The position numbers were made by a program, and so were the translations under genes. Below, one piece after another: positions 46,231 to 57,044 of a stretch of 64,000 bases of DNA (its first letter is position 1; every line of letters starts with the position of its first letter). The notes under the pieces are model-generated. The model searched no databases. It worked only from the letters and a program-made list of their open reading frames with translations, and was not told where the DNA came from. Origin of the DNA: Myxococcota bacterium (GTDB lineage Bacteria > Myxococcota_A > UBA9160 > UBA6930); the NCBI GenBank assembly GCA_965223415.1, contig OZ245002.1, positions 2,528,001 to 2,592,000 of the forward strand, read 5' to 3'.

Positions 46231-47238
46231 ATGAGCAGCCGGGCCAGGAATGCGGTGTTCGCGTCGGTGACGGCGGGGGTCTCGATCGCCGCCGTGCTGC
46301 TCGGCGCCGAGGTGCTGCTACGGCTGAACGGGTTCGAGCCTTTCCGGCCCCACGCCGTCGACGCGGACGAGCCGGCGATCTTCGAGCCCCATCCCACCCT
46401 CGGCTGGGTGCACCGACCGGGCGAGCACCTCTTCCCGCCGTTCTCGCCCGGCGCCGAGGAGGTGCGCATGCGCTTCCTGGCCGACGGAAGCCGCGCCACC
46501 GGCCACGCCGCTCCCGCCGGACGCCCCTCCCTCGTGCTGGTCGGCGGCTCCTTCACCGAGGGCTTCGCCGTGAACGACGAGGACACCTTCGCCTGGAAGC
46601 TGCAGGCCCGCTTCCCCGAGCTCGCCGTGCGCAACTTCGGAACCGGCGGCTACGGAACCCACCAGTCGCTGCTCGTGCTCGAGCGGCTGCTGGAAGAGGA
46701 TCCGCCGCCTCGGCGGGTCGTGTACGGCTACTACGCCGAGCACGAGATCCGCAACGTCGCCGCTCCGGACTGGCTCGAGGCGTTGACGCGCTTCTCCCGC
46801 AGGCACGACGACGTGGCCGTTCCCTACGCAAGCCTCGAAGGGGACCGCCTGCTGCGTCACCCCCCCGGCCGCTACCCGCTCTGGCCGCTGGGCGATCGCA
46901 CGGCGACCGTGGCCTTCTTCCAGGATCGCTGGGCAGATCTCACGGGCGCGGCCCGCGTGCCCCAGCGGCGGCAGGTGACGGAGCGGCTGATCCGCCTGAT
47001 GCACCGCCGATGCGAAGAGCGCGGCACGGAGTTCCTCGTGGTGTTCCTCCTGGCGAACGCCCCGACTCGCACCGCGTACGGCAAGGCCCTCGACGCGGCG
47101 GGCGTGCCGTGGGCGGATTGCTACCGCCGGCTGGCGCCGAGCCTGCGCGTCCCCGGCGACGGCCACCCCAACGGGAAGCTCCACGGCATGTGGAGCCGCT
47201 GCATCGCGACAGCACTCGAGAGGGCCTCCGGGAGCTGA
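46231..47238 (+). CDS. SGNH/GDSL hydrolase family protein
   Basis: N-terminal TM, VGGSFTEG, NFGTGGYGT and DGHPN motifs. Confidence 0.8.
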   Translation: MSSRARNAVFASVTAGVSIAAVLLGAEVLLRLNGFEPFRPHAVDADEPAIFEPHPTLGWVHRPGEHLFPPFSPGAEEVRMRFLADGSRATGHAAPAGRPSLVLVGGSFTEGFAVNDEDTFAWKLQARFPELAVRNFGTGGYGTHQSLLVLERLLEEDPPPRRVVYGYYAEHEIRNVAAPDWLEALTRFSRRHDDVAVPYASLEGDRLLRHPPGRYPLWPLGDRTATVAFFQDRWADLTGAARVPQRRQVTERLIRLMHRRCEERGTEFLVVFLLANAPTRTAYGKALDAAGVPWADCYRRLAPSLRVPGDGHPNGKLHGMWSRCIATALERASGS

Positions 47239-47286
47239 GCGCGGCTGGGGTACGCTCCTCCGGCCCCGTGCGAGAGAGGATTCGCC

Positions 47287-48729
47287 GTGTCGTCGCCGCT
47301 CCTGGATAGGCTGCCCGGATGGAGCGGCGAGGGGCTCGTGCTCCTGCTCCTCCTGGCGCTGTCCACGGCCTACGTCGTCGGGCTGCCCTCCTTCGAAGGG
47401 CCCGACGAAAGCGAGCACGCCCGTTACGTGCAGGCCTGGGCCGAGGGCGGCGACGTGCATCCGATCGATCCAGAGCAGCCGCTGCGCTGGGGCTACCAGG
47501 TGCATCATCCCCCGCTCTACTACGCCCTGGCCGGCACCCTGGCCCGCGGGCTGGGCGTGACCTTCCACGAATCCCTGGTGATCAACGCGGCGCAGAACCG
47601 CCGCTTTCCCTTCCTCCGTCACGACACGTCCGGACAGGTCTTTCCCTACGACGACGTGCATCGCGGCCTGCACCTGCTGCGCCTCTTCTCGGTGGTGCTC
47701 GGCGTCCTCACCTTCTTCGTGCTCCGGCACGGCTTCCGGCTGCTGTTTCCGGACGAGCCTGCCGCGAGGGTCTTCCTGCTGGGCGCGGCCCTGCTGGCTC
47801 CGAACACGCTGCAGCTCTTCGGAATCGTGGCCAACGACGCGCTGAACCTGCTCCTGAGTTCATCGCTGCTCGTGCTCGCGATCCGCATCCTGCGCGAGGC
47901 ACGGCCGGGGATCGGCGCCTTCGCGCTGACCGGGGCCTGTGCGGGCCTGGCCGTGCTCTCGAAGCTCACCGGGCTCGCGGCCCTGGCCGTGGCGGGAAGC
48001 GCCTGGGCGGTCGATGCCCTGGTGAACCGGCGCCTCGGTGTGTATCTGCGAGGGATGGTGGGCTTCCTGCCGGTGTTCCTGCTGCTCACCGCGCCGTGGC
48101 TCGCCGCCAACGTCGAGTGGTACGGCGATCCCACCCGGGAGAGCCTGCTTCGCCAGCTCACGCCGGCCTTCCACCTGGGTGCGCCGCGTCCGCTGGCGAA
48201 GGTCTTCGAGATCATCGCCGACCACCTTCCGTTCCAGCTCGCGGTCGATCTCGGCTGGCAGTCGATCCGTCTCCGGGAGCTCGGCTCGGCGCTCTTCACG
48301 CCCTGGCTACTCGGCGTGCTCGGCTCCGGCGCCCTCGCCTTCCGCCGGGCCGGGCAGGAGCGACGCCTGGCCGCGGAACGCCTGATTCCCTTGATCGCCC
48401 TGGTCTGGAGCCTCGTCCTGCTGGTCGTCGCCAACCGCGAATGGACCAATCTCCAGATCCGGCACGTCTGGTGCCTCTATCCGTTCACCCTCGCCGGCGT
48501 CGTGTACGTCCTGGGGCTCCTGCCCGAGAACTGGCAGCGACGGGGACCCGTCGCTGCCGGCGCCGCCCTGGCCGGGCTGCTGCTGCTGAATGCCCACGTC
48601 CTTACGATCTTCCGGGAGTTCTACGAACCCCACAGCAGCAGCCGGATGAACCGGGACTACTACACCTATCTCTACACCCAGGTGAGGGACCGGGACCGGG
48701 CTCAGCAGTACCTTCGGAACGGACGATGA
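47287..48729 (+). CDS. GT-C fold membrane glycosyltransferase (GT39/DUF2142-like)
   Basis: PSFEGPDESEH, HHPPLYY, NDAL and KLTG motifs; many TM segments. Confidence 0.8.
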   Translation: MSSPLLDRLPGWSGEGLVLLLLLALSTAYVVGLPSFEGPDESEHARYVQAWAEGGDVHPIDPEQPLRWGYQVHHPPLYYALAGTLARGLGVTFHESLVINAAQNRRFPFLRHDTSGQVFPYDDVHRGLHLLRLFSVVLGVLTFFVLRHGFRLLFPDEPAARVFLLGAALLAPNTLQLFGIVANDALNLLLSSSLLVLAIRILREARPGIGAFALTGACAGLAVLSKLTGLAALAVAGSAWAVDALVNRRLGVYLRGMVGFLPVFLLLTAPWLAANVEWYGDPTRESLLRQLTPAFHLGAPRPLAKVFEIIADHLPFQLAVDLGWQSIRLRELGSALFTPWLLGVLGSGALAFRRAGQERRLAAERLIPLIALVWSLVLLVVANREWTNLQIRHVWCLYPFTLAGVVYVLGLLPENWQRRGPVAAGAALAGLLLLNAHVLTIFREFYEPHSSSRMNRDYYTYLYTQVRDRDRAQQYLRNGR

Positions 48730-49688
48730 GCGCGGCGATGCTGACGATCCTGATCCCGATCCTCGACGACTGGGAATCCCTGGCGGCGCTGCTGCCGGCG
48801 ATCGACGAGGCCGTGGGGGCGATGGAGGGGCCCGTCCGGGTCGTGGTCGTGGACGACGCCAGCGAGAAGGCCCCGACGCCCCTGACGCCGTGCCCGCACC
48901 TGGAGCGGGTCGACGTGCTGCGGCTGCGCAGGAACGTCGGCCACCAGAGCGCCATCGCTCTCGGCCTGGCCTGGTGCCACGAGAACCTCCCCGCCTCGCC
49001 CGTCCTCGTGATGGACGGCGACGGAGAGGACGCCCCCTCGGACGTCCCGCGCCTCTTTGCCGCCTTCGAGGCGGAGGGCGGCGGCCGGGTCGTGTTCGCC
49101 GAGCGCAGCCGCCGGGCCGAGAGCCTCCGCTTCCGCTTCTTCTACCTCCTCTATCGCGTCGCCCACTGGCTGCTCACCGGTCGTCGCATCCGGTTCGGGA
49201 ACTTCAGCGTGATTCCCGCGGCGCGGGTGAGGCAGCTGGTCGTGGCCTCGGAGCTCTCGGTCCACTACGCAGCCGCCGTGGTGAAGTCGCGCATCCCCCA
49301 CGTGCTGGTGCCGACCGATCGGCGCCCGCGGATCTCCGGCGCCTCGGGGATGAACTTCGTCGCACTGGTGGTGCACGGCTTCAACGCGCTCTCGGTCTTC
49401 GGTGAGGAGGTGATCACGCGGGTGCTCCTCGCCGGCGGCGCGATCATGGCCGCGTGCGTCGCGGGCGCGGGCACGGTCGCCGGCGTGCGGCTGTTCACCG
49501 ACCTGGCCGTTCCGGGCTGGGCCACCTACGTGCTGGCGCTCCTCGCCGTCATCTTCCTCCAGACCCTGGCCATCTGCTTCGTGACCAGCTTCGTCGTGCT
49601 GAACCTGAAGCGACAGGCGCCGATGATCCCGGAGCGTGACCACCCTCTCTACGTCGACCGCTTCGAGCCCTACCCCGGAAGTGCATGA
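48726..49688 (+). CDS. glycosyltransferase family 2 (GtrB-like)
   Basis: VVVDDAS, RNVGHQ.AI..G and VMDGDGED motifs; two C-terminal TM helices. Confidence 0.9.
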   Translation: MSAAMLTILIPILDDWESLAALLPAIDEAVGAMEGPVRVVVVDDASEKAPTPLTPCPHLERVDVLRLRRNVGHQSAIALGLAWCHENLPASPVLVMDGDGEDAPSDVPRLFAAFEAEGGGRVVFAERSRRAESLRFRFFYLLYRVAHWLLTGRRIRFGNFSVIPAARVRQLVVASELSVHYAAAVVKSRIPHVLVPTDRRPRISGASGMNFVALVVHGFNALSVFGEEVITRVLLAGGAIMAACVAGAGTVAGVRLFTDLAVPGWATYVLALLAVIFLQTLAICFVTSFVVLNLKRQAPMIPERDHPLYVDRFEPYPGSA

Positions 49689-50398
49689 GCGCCGCGCCCT
49701 ACGCCTACGTCGGCAGCGAGCTCGAGCTGTTCGAGCAGGCGGTGCACTGGAAGGCCTGGATCGGCGAGGTGCTGACGCCCTACCTGCGGGGCGAGGTGCT
49801 CGAGGTGGGTGCCGGCATCGGGGGGACCACGCCCTTCCTGCTGAACGAGGCCGTCACCGGGTGGTGTTGCCTCGAGCCCGATCCGGAGCTCGCCGGATGC
49901 ATCGCGGCCAAGGTCGCGGACGGGGCGCTCCCGGCGCGCTGCACCGGGCGAACGGGGACGCTGGCCGAGCTCCCGCCGGACGCGAACTTCGATGCGATCG
50001 CCTACCTGGACGTGCTCGAGCACATCGAGGACGACACCGGCGAGCTGCGGGATGCGGCGGCGCGGCTCCGCCCCGGCGGCCACCTGATCGTGCTCGGCCC
50101 GGCCTGGCCGTGGCTCACCTCGCCCTTCGACGAGGCCATCGGGCATCACCGCCGCTACACGCGGGCCTCCCTCTCCGCGCTCGCACCGCCGCAGACGACC
50201 GAGATCGCGAGCCGCTACCTGGACGCCGCCGGCCTCCTCGCCTCCGCGGGCAACCGCCTGCTCCTGCGCAGCGCGCAGCCGAGCGCCGCCCAGATCCGCT
50301 TCTGGGACCGACGCCTGGTGCCCCTCTCCCGTCGCCTCGACCCGCTGCTGGGCAACCGCGTCGGCAAGTCCGTGCTCGTCGTGTGGCGTCGGCATTGA
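49685..50398 (+). CDS. class I SAM-dependent methyltransferase
   Basis: VLEVGAGIG, DVLEHIEDD, LRPGG and FDEAIGHHRRY motifs. Confidence 0.9.
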   Translation: MSAAPYAYVGSELELFEQAVHWKAWIGEVLTPYLRGEVLEVGAGIGGTTPFLLNEAVTGWCCLEPDPELAGCIAAKVADGALPARCTGRTGTLAELPPDANFDAIAYLDVLEHIEDDTGELRDAAARLRPGGHLIVLGPAWPWLTSPFDEAIGHHRRYTRASLSALAPPQTTEIASRYLDAAGLLASAGNRLLLRSAQPSAAQIRFWDRRLVPLSRRLDPLLGNRVGKSVLVVWRRH

Positions 50399-50404
50399 GC
50401 ACGA

Positions 50405-51769
50405 TCAGCTCGTCGCCATCACGAAGGAGGCCCGCTTCGGAAACAGGGCCTCGACCAGCGCGTCTTCCTCGACCTGCACGTCCGGGAAGGCGTCCTCCAG
50501 CTCGCGAAGGGAGCGGTGCCCGAAGAGCAGGTGGAGGAAGGTCAGATCGGGGAAGGCGGCGTCGCCGGGCTCGTCGGTGGAGGGACGCCACGGCGTCACC
50601 CCGGCCAGCCGGCCCTTTTCGAAGGCGAGGCGCAGGCCGGTGCGGTAGAAGCTCAGGGAGAGGATCCCGTCGTGGCCCTCGAAGGGCGAGCCCTCCAGTC
50701 GCGCCTCGAGTGCCGGCGCCACGTGCCGCAGGAACGCGCCCAGGTCGGGCACCCGCACGTACCAGGCATAGGCACGGCGTCGCTCGCCGGTTGCGCCCAG
50801 CACCTCGTAGGCGGGATGGTCGGTACCGAGCATGAGAGCGGCGCCGGCGTGCTCCTCCTCGCCCTGCTCCGCCAGCCGGCCACCCAGCTCGCGCAGGTGA
50901 TGGAGCGCCGCGTCCAGCGGCGGCCCCCAGGCTGCGCCCTTCGCCACCTCGAGCATCGTCGTCCAGGTGTGGCCGTGGTCGAGCAGGATCGGGACGTGGT
51001 TGAACACGGCCCGCGGCTCGCCGGCCTCGGTCTCCACGACCTTGAGCTGGCGGGTCTGGGTCGTCAGGCCGTGGCGCCCGCCCACCTCGAAGCGCCAGAA
51101 GTCCTCGTCGCGCTTGCAGGTCAGGCGGTAGCGCTCCATCGCGTGGTCGTAGGTGGCGGCCAGGAAGGACGCGTCCCGCTCCTCCGCCGGCCGGACGCGC
51201 AGGCCGGCCACGGGCTCCTTCGGGAGCTTCGTCCGCGAGGCCTTCCGGCCTCCGAACCGTTGGGCGGCCATCTCGTAGCCGTACTGGCGGTAGTACCAGG
51301 GAATGCCGTCGATCACCTGCATCAGGTCGCCGCCCTCGTCGCTCCAGCGGTGCACCTCGGCGAACTGCCGCGCGACGAGACGCTTGTGACGATAGGCGGG
51401 ATGGGTGCCCACCAGCTCCGGCATGCCTGCCGGCAGCTCGATGCCGTCGTAGGCGAAGCGGTGGCGCAGCAGGCACAGGCTGGAGGCGAGCCGGTCGCGC
51501 TCCGTATCGTGGACGAGCAGGAAGTCCCGCGCCCGCGCGGAGGGATGGCTCCCGTCCATCAGCTGCCGGACCCAGTGCCCGATGTGCGCGAAGGGCTCGA
51601 AATCGGGCGGGTCGGCCTGCACGACGGACTGGAACTCGGCGATCGCGTCGATGTCCTCGTCGCGGGCGCGACGCAGCACGAGCCCGTCGCCGAGCTCTTC
51701 GATGCGGTCTTCGGGGCGGCACGGGCCGGGAGCGGGAATCCCGTCGAAATCGGTCGGATCCTGGGGCAT
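50405..51769 (-). CDS. GNAT (Eis-like) acetyltransferase
   Basis: PELVGTHPAYRHK and GIPWYYRQYGYE motifs. Confidence 0.82.
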   Translation of the reverse strand: MPQDPTDFDGIPAPGPCRPEDRIEELGDGLVLRRARDEDIDAIAEFQSVVQADPPDFEPFAHIGHWVRQLMDGSHPSARARDFLLVHDTERDRLASSLCLLRHRFAYDGIELPAGMPELVGTHPAYRHKRLVARQFAEVHRWSDEGGDLMQVIDGIPWYYRQYGYEMAAQRFGGRKASRTKLPKEPVAGLRVRPAEERDASFLAATYDHAMERYRLTCKRDEDFWRFEVGGRHGLTTQTRQLKVVETEAGEPRAVFNHVPILLDHGHTWTTMLEVAKGAAWGPPLDAALHHLRELGGRLAEQGEEEHAGAALMLGTDHPAYEVLGATGERRRAYAWYVRVPDLGAFLRHVAPALEARLEGSPFEGHDGILSLSFYRTGLRLAFEKGRLAGVTPWRPSTDEPGDAAFPDLTFLHLLFGHRSLRELEDAFPDVQVEEDALVEALFPKRASFVMATS

Positions 51770-51982
51770 GGGAACGTCCTTCGGAAGCGGCGCGCTGCGC
51801 CGGTGGAGATCGAGACGAATGGGTGCGGGCGCGCGGAGGACTCCGCGCGCCAGGGAGTTGATGGGGGCCGCGGGGCCCCTGTCCCTGGGAAGCCGGTCAG
51901 CAGCGGAGCTTCGCTTCCATTCGGATCTCCATCTCGAAGGACCGCTCCAGGCTACCCCACGCCGATCGGCCGGCAAGCGCCC

Positions 51983-52819
51983 CTAGGGCTTCGTCTTGGA
52001 CCGGTAGCCGGGCACGCGGCTGCGGGCGTGCTCGAAGACGGCGGTGACCCGATCCACCGAGGCGCCGAGCTCGCCGGCACTCCGGCCCGGGGAACCCAGC
52101 ACCTCCTCGAGCAGCTCCCGGTCCGAGGCGGAGAAGACGGCCAGGGCGACCTTGTCGCTCAGGAAGTAGCGGCCCTCCACCGCGTGCATCACCTGGACCA
52201 GGCAGGCCGTGGCGCGGCCCAGACAGCCGGCGGTGGCGTAGACGTCGCCCCGCGGCGCGTGGCCGCGGGCCTGGAGCAGGGTGAACTCGGCGAGCCACAG
52301 GTAGTCGTGCTGCAGGCGCTCGCGGAGGGCGGGCGGATAGGTCGCGACCCGGGCCTTCAGCGCCGCGAGCCGGGCCTCGGGATCCTGGAGGGGTCGGCAG
52401 ACGTCGAGCTCCGCGAGCAATGTCACGCTGAAGAAGCCGTGGGGCGGCTGCTGGCCCGCGTGCCACTGGTGCTCGCCGCGCTCGGCCGCGTCGATCTCGC
52501 GGCCGAGGCGGTCGAGGCTGCGGTAGATCCAGTCGACCCGCTGCCCGCCGACCGTGAGCCAGGCCCCTCCGTCCATCCAGGGGCCCCACACGCCAGGCTC
52601 GGTCACGCTGGCCGCGCCCGCCGGGTCGAGCCGGGCTGCCAGCTCGCGCAGGGCGCCGATGTCCAGCGGTGCAGCCTCCCGATAGTAGACGCCGACGTCG
52701 AGATCGGATCCGGCGCGGGCCGTGCCGGCGGCGTGGGAGCCGCCGAGGGCCACGGCCGCGACACCCGGGATCTGCGCGAGCCCCTCGCTCACCCGTGCGA
52801 GGAGCGCCTCGTGCTCCAC
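51983..52819 (-). CDS. nucleotidyltransferase domain protein
   Basis: LGGSHA.G.....SDLDVGVYY, WGPWMDGGAW and VDWIYR motifs. Confidence 0.85.
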   Translation of the reverse strand: MEHEALLARVSEGLAQIPGVAAVALGGSHAAGTARAGSDLDVGVYYREAAPLDIGALRELAARLDPAGAASVTEPGVWGPWMDGGAWLTVGGQRVDWIYRSLDRLGREIDAAERGEHQWHAGQQPPHGFFSVTLLAELDVCRPLQDPEARLAALKARVATYPPALRERLQHDYLWLAEFTLLQARGHAPRGDVYATAGCLGRATACLVQVMHAVEGRYFLSDKVALAVFSASDRELLEEVLGSPGRSAGELGASVDRVTAVFEHARSRVPGYRSKTKP

Positions 52820-52821
52820 CC

Positions 52822-54162
52822 TCAGAACTCCGCGTAGCCCGGCACGCGCGGAAACGGGATGACGTCCCGGATGTTCGCCATGCCGGTCGCGAACTGCACG
52901 AGCCGCTCGAAGCCCAGGCCGAAGCCCGCGTGGGGCACCGAGCCGTAGCGGCGGAGGTCCAGGTACCAGCCGTACTCGTCGCGATCGAGCCCGTGGGCGT
53001 CCATTCGCCCGGCCAGCACGTCGTGGCGGTGCTCGCGCTGGGAGCCCCCGACGATCTCGCCGATGCGCGGCACGAGCACGTCCATGGCCCGCACCGTCCG
53101 CCCGTCATCGTTGGCGTACATGTAGAAGGCCTTGATCTCGGCGGGGTAGTCGGTGACCACCAGCGGCTTCTGCACGAGCTCTTCGGTGAGCCAGCGCTCG
53201 TGCTCGCTCTGCAGGTCCGCGCCCCAGCGCACCGGGTACTCGAAGCTCCTCCCGCACTTCTCGAGGCGCTCCACCGCCTCGCTGTAGGTCATGTGCTCGA
53301 AGGACGTCTCCACCACGTGCTCGAGGGCGCGGGCCACGCCCTTCTCGATGCGCTCGTCGAAGAAGGCCATGTCCTCGGGGCACTCGTCGAGGATCGCCTT
53401 CAGCACGTCGCGCAGGAACGCCTCCGCCAGCTCGGCGTTGCCGCGCAGGTCGCAGAAGGCCATCTCCGGCTCGACCATCCAGAACTCCGCCAGGTGACGG
53501 CTGGTGTTCGAGTTCTCCGCACGGAAGGTCGGGCCGAAGGTGTAGACGTTCGTGAGGGCGAGGGCGCCGATCTCCGCCTCGAGCTGGCCCGAAACCGTGA
53601 GCCGGGTGGGACGCCCGAAGAACGCCTCGCCGGCCTCGATCTCGAACATCTCCCCGGCGCCTTCCGCATCGGCGCCGGTGAGGATCGGCGTGTGCAGCCA
53701 CAGGAAGCCTCGCTCCTGGAAGAAGCGATGGATGGCGCGGGCCGCCACGTTGCGCACGCGGAAGACGGCGCCTAGCGAGTTGGTGCGAGGCCGCAGGTGG
53801 GCGATGGTGCGTAGGTACTCGAAGGAGTGCCGCTTCTTCTGGAGCGGGTAGTCGTCGGCCGCCGCGCCGACCACCTCGACCCGTGCGGCGCGCAGCTCGA
53901 CCCGCTGGCCCTTGCCCGGGGACTCGACCAGCTCGCCGGCCACCCGCACCGCCCAGCCCGTGCCGAGGTGACGCACCTCCTCCTCGTAGTTCCCGAGCTC
54001 CGGTGGCGCCACGACCTGGAGACCCGCCAGGCTCGAGCCGTCGCTCAGGTCGAGGAACGAGAGCCCCTTCGAGTGGCGGGCAGAACGCAGCCAGCCCTGG
54101 ACCGTGACCTCGTCGCCGGCCCGGCCGGCGTCGAGGACGGACTTCACGCTCGGCGTGCTCAT
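52822..54162 (-). CDS. asnS: asparagine--tRNA ligase
   Basis: [51 protein letters not shown] and GFGLGFER motifs. Confidence 0.97.
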   Translation of the reverse strand: MSTPSVKSVLDAGRAGDEVTVQGWLRSARHSKGLSFLDLSDGSSLAGLQVVAPPELGNYEEEVRHLGTGWAVRVAGELVESPGKGQRVELRAARVEVVGAAADDYPLQKKRHSFEYLRTIAHLRPRTNSLGAVFRVRNVAARAIHRFFQERGFLWLHTPILTGADAEGAGEMFEIEAGEAFFGRPTRLTVSGQLEAEIGALALTNVYTFGPTFRAENSNTSRHLAEFWMVEPEMAFCDLRGNAELAEAFLRDVLKAILDECPEDMAFFDERIEKGVARALEHVVETSFEHMTYSEAVERLEKCGRSFEYPVRWGADLQSEHERWLTEELVQKPLVVTDYPAEIKAFYMYANDDGRTVRAMDVLVPRIGEIVGGSQREHRHDVLAGRMDAHGLDRDEYGWYLDLRRYGSVPHAGFGLGFERLVQFATGMANIRDVIPFPRVPGYAEF

Positions 54163-55499
54163 GCAGCGACCTCCCGGGCAAGGCGCGTCCCGAGCTCCAG
54201 CAGCCGATCCGCGGCCTCCGGGACGAAGGTGGACTGGAGGATCTCGTAGCTCGCGGCGGCGCCGGGCTCCTCGAAGTTGCGGGGGTGGGGGAGATAGCGG
54301 AGCCAGCCCCCGGCGATCGAGAGCACCGCCGCGTGGGGGTCGCCCATCCGCGCGGCCCAGTCCCGGCCGACGTCGACGGTGGGCTCGAGGGGCAGCGCCA
54401 GCAGACGCAGCGGACCGATGCCCAGGACCTGGACCGTCACCTCCGGCTCTTCGCCGAAAGCGAAGCGCCGGGCAGTGCGATCGCGGAGGTAGCGGCGCAC
54501 CCGGGCGATGCGGACGCGGCGCTCGTCGGGCGGGTAGGCCGCCGTGCGCTCGCTCTCGAGGCGGAAGAGCTCGGCGGTGCGCAGGTCCGTGTCGGGCGGG
54601 AGGTCGAGAGCGGCCAGGGCGTCGGCGCGCTCTTCCTCCCGCGGCGCGTGAGCGCGCAGGCGGAGCCCGCCGCGCGCCACACCGACCGGAACGTCGGGCT
54701 CCGTGGCGACGGCAGAGGCCACGCGCACCACCTCGTCGCCGACCTCCCGCCCCAGCTTCCGGACGGTCTCGAACCCCTCGCCGACGCTCTGGCCGACGAC
54801 GGCGAGATCCTGCAGGCCGCGGGTGCGGGGATCCACGTCGGCGTGGGCCGTCAGCAGGAAGATCGGATTCGTGCCGGGGAAGGCCTCCTCGATCGCCGCA
54901 CCCGCCGCCCAGGGCCAATCCGCCGACCAGGCCAGGTTGTCGTGGCCGAGCACCGTCGGGTGGCAGCCGTGGAGATAGACCACGGCCAGCGGCGCACCGG
55001 ATGCGGCCTGGTCGACCCGCAGCACGCGCAGGGTCTCGTCGACCGGGCCGTCGGCGACGCGGCGGTTGCGGCCGATGCGCGCGGTGCCGAAGCCCATGCC
55101 GAGCCGCGCCGGCCGGGCGTCGCCCACGGCGGCGACGCCGGCCCGCACCGCGGCGGCGAGGATGCCGCCCGTGTGGGCCGGCGGCGCGTCGTCGCGCATC
55201 AGGGCGGCGAAGCCGGTGTCCGGGCCCGAGTGGGTGTGGATGCAGGTCACCACCACGGCGCCCGGCTCGAGCCCGGTCTCCGCCGCGATCTCGCGGGCGA
55301 CCCGCTGGGCCTGGCTCGGCGCCAGGAGGCAGACCTCGAGGGAGACGATCAGAAGGGCGCCTTCGCCCGCGGCGAGGTAGAGCGCTCGCGCGTGCAGCGG
55401 GTCGTGGAGCGCCTGCGCCGGCTCGCGGCGGGCGCCGTAGCCCATCATCTCCGTCCCGATCTCGAGCGGGAGCGGGACCCGACTCGTTCCGGCTCTCAA
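54159..55499 (-). CDS. neutral/alkaline ceramidase-like hydrolase
   Basis: [31 protein letters not shown] and SADWP motifs. Confidence 0.8.
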   Translation of the reverse strand: MRAGTSRVPLPLEIGTEMMGYGARREPAQALHDPLHARALYLAAGEGALLIVSLEVCLLAPSQAQRVAREIAAETGLEPGAVVVTCIHTHSGPDTGFAALMRDDAPPAHTGGILAAAVRAGVAAVGDARPARLGMGFGTARIGRNRRVADGPVDETLRVLRVDQAASGAPLAVVYLHGCHPTVLGHDNLAWSADWPWAAGAAIEEAFPGTNPIFLLTAHADVDPRTRGLQDLAVVGQSVGEGFETVRKLGREVGDEVVRVASAVATEPDVPVGVARGGLRLRAHAPREEERADALAALDLPPDTDLRTAELFRLESERTAAYPPDERRVRIARVRRYLRDRTARRFAFGEEPEVTVQVLGIGPLRLLALPLEPTVDVGRDWAARMGDPHAAVLSIAGGWLRYLPHPRNFEEPGAAASYEILQSTFVPEAADRLLELGTRLAREVAA

Positions 55500-55562
55500 G
55501 CAGCTCCCCCCTGGATGGGAGGGAGCATACCGGCGGCTACGCTCGCGTGGGGGGGGAGAGCG

Positions 55563-57044
55563 ATGTCGGACGAGGGTCCGCGGAGCGTCGAGTACCAGTC
55601 CGTCGACCCGGACTACTTCGCCGAGCGGGGCCTGCGTCGCTACGCCGGCGTGGGCTCGCTCTGGGCGCTGGGCGTGGGCGCCGTGATCTCCGGCGACTTC
55701 TTCGGCTGGAACTTCGGCCTGGCCGCCGGCGGCTTCGGCGGCCTGCTGGTGGCGACGGTCGTGATCACGCTGATGTACGTGGGGCTGTGCTTCAGCATCG
55801 CCGAGATGTCGCCCGCCCTGCCCCACACCGGCGGCGCCTACTCCTTCGCCCGCTCGTCCATGGGGCCTTGGGGCGCCTTCGTCACCGGCATGGCAGAGAA
55901 CATGGAGTACGTGCTCACCCCGGCCGTCATCGTCGTCGGCATCGGCGGCTACCTGGGCGCCATCTTCGGCACGCCGGACGCCTGGGCGCCGGCCTGGTGG
56001 GCGCTGGCCTACGCGGTGTTCGTGGGCCTCAACGTGGCGGGGGTGGAGACGAGCTTCCGCTTCACCATGGCGATCACGCTGCTCGCCCTGGGCATCCTCT
56101 TCGTGTTCTACGCGGCAGCGCTGCCCCAGCTCGACCTGTCCCGCTTCGCCTTCGACGTGGCCGTCCAGGAGGGGGGCAGCGCCTTCCTGCCGATGGGCTG
56201 GAAGGGCGTCCTCGCCGCCCTTCCCTTCGCCATCTGGTTCTACCTGGCGATCGAAGAGCTGCCCCTCGCCGCCGAGGAGAGCCACGATCCCAGGACGGAC
56301 ATGCCCCGCGGCATCCTGCTGGGTCTGCTCACCCTGGTGGTCTGCCCCTTCGCCACCCTGGTGCTCTCGGCGGGCATCGCGCCCGGCGCGGCGGCGCTCG
56401 GCACCTCGGAGGAGCCGCTCTTCGACGGCCTGCGCACCCTCTTCGGCGCGGGCCTCGGCACGCGCCTGCTCGCCCTGATCGCGGTGGCGGGGCTGGTCGC
56501 GAGCTTCCACACCATCATCTTTGCCTACGGGCGACAGGTGTACTCGCTCTCGCGGGCCGGCTACTTCCCGCGCTGGCTCTCGGTGACGCACCGGACCCGC
56601 GAGACGCCGCACCGCGCGCTCATCGCGGGTGCGCTGCTCGGCTACGGCGTGGCCTACGCCATCCACCGACTGGGCCCGGAGCACCCGGTGGGCGCGGTGC
56701 TGCTGAACATGGCGGTCTTCGGCGCCGTCATCTCCTACGTGCTGCAGATGGCGTCCTACGTGCTGCTGCGCATCCGGCTGCCGGACATCGAGCGGCCCTA
56801 CCGGAGCCCGTTCGGGATTCCCGGCGCGCTCTTCGCCGGCGCGGTGGCGATGGTCACGCTCGTGGCGTTGTTCGTGGTCGACGCGGTCTACCAGCAGGTC
56901 GTGGTCGGCGCCGCGATCTGGTACGCGCTCGGGCTGCTCTACTTCGGACTGCACGCTCGACACCATTTGGTGTATTCCCCTGAAGAGGCCTTCGCCGCCC
57001 GGGCCCTGGGCGAACGCGAAGAGGACCGGGAGATCGCACCGTGA
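55563..57044 (+). CDS. amino acid/ethanolamine permease (APC, Eat-like)
   Basis: WALGVGAVISGDFFGWNFG, PHTGG, PFAIWFYLAIE and AGLVASFH motifs. Confidence 0.88.
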   Translation: MSDEGPRSVEYQSVDPDYFAERGLRRYAGVGSLWALGVGAVISGDFFGWNFGLAAGGFGGLLVATVVITLMYVGLCFSIAEMSPALPHTGGAYSFARSSMGPWGAFVTGMAENMEYVLTPAVIVVGIGGYLGAIFGTPDAWAPAWWALAYAVFVGLNVAGVETSFRFTMAITLLALGILFVFYAAALPQLDLSRFAFDVAVQEGGSAFLPMGWKGVLAALPFAIWFYLAIEELPLAAEESHDPRTDMPRGILLGLLTLVVCPFATLVLSAGIAPGAAALGTSEEPLFDGLRTLFGAGLGTRLLALIAVAGLVASFHTIIFAYGRQVYSLSRAGYFPRWLSVTHRTRETPHRALIAGALLGYGVAYAIHRLGPEHPVGAVLLNMAVFGAVISYVLQMASYVLLRIRLPDIERPYRSPFGIPGALFAGAVAMVTLVALFVVDAVYQQVVVGAAIWYALGLLYFGLHARHHLVYSPEEAFAARALGEREEDREIAP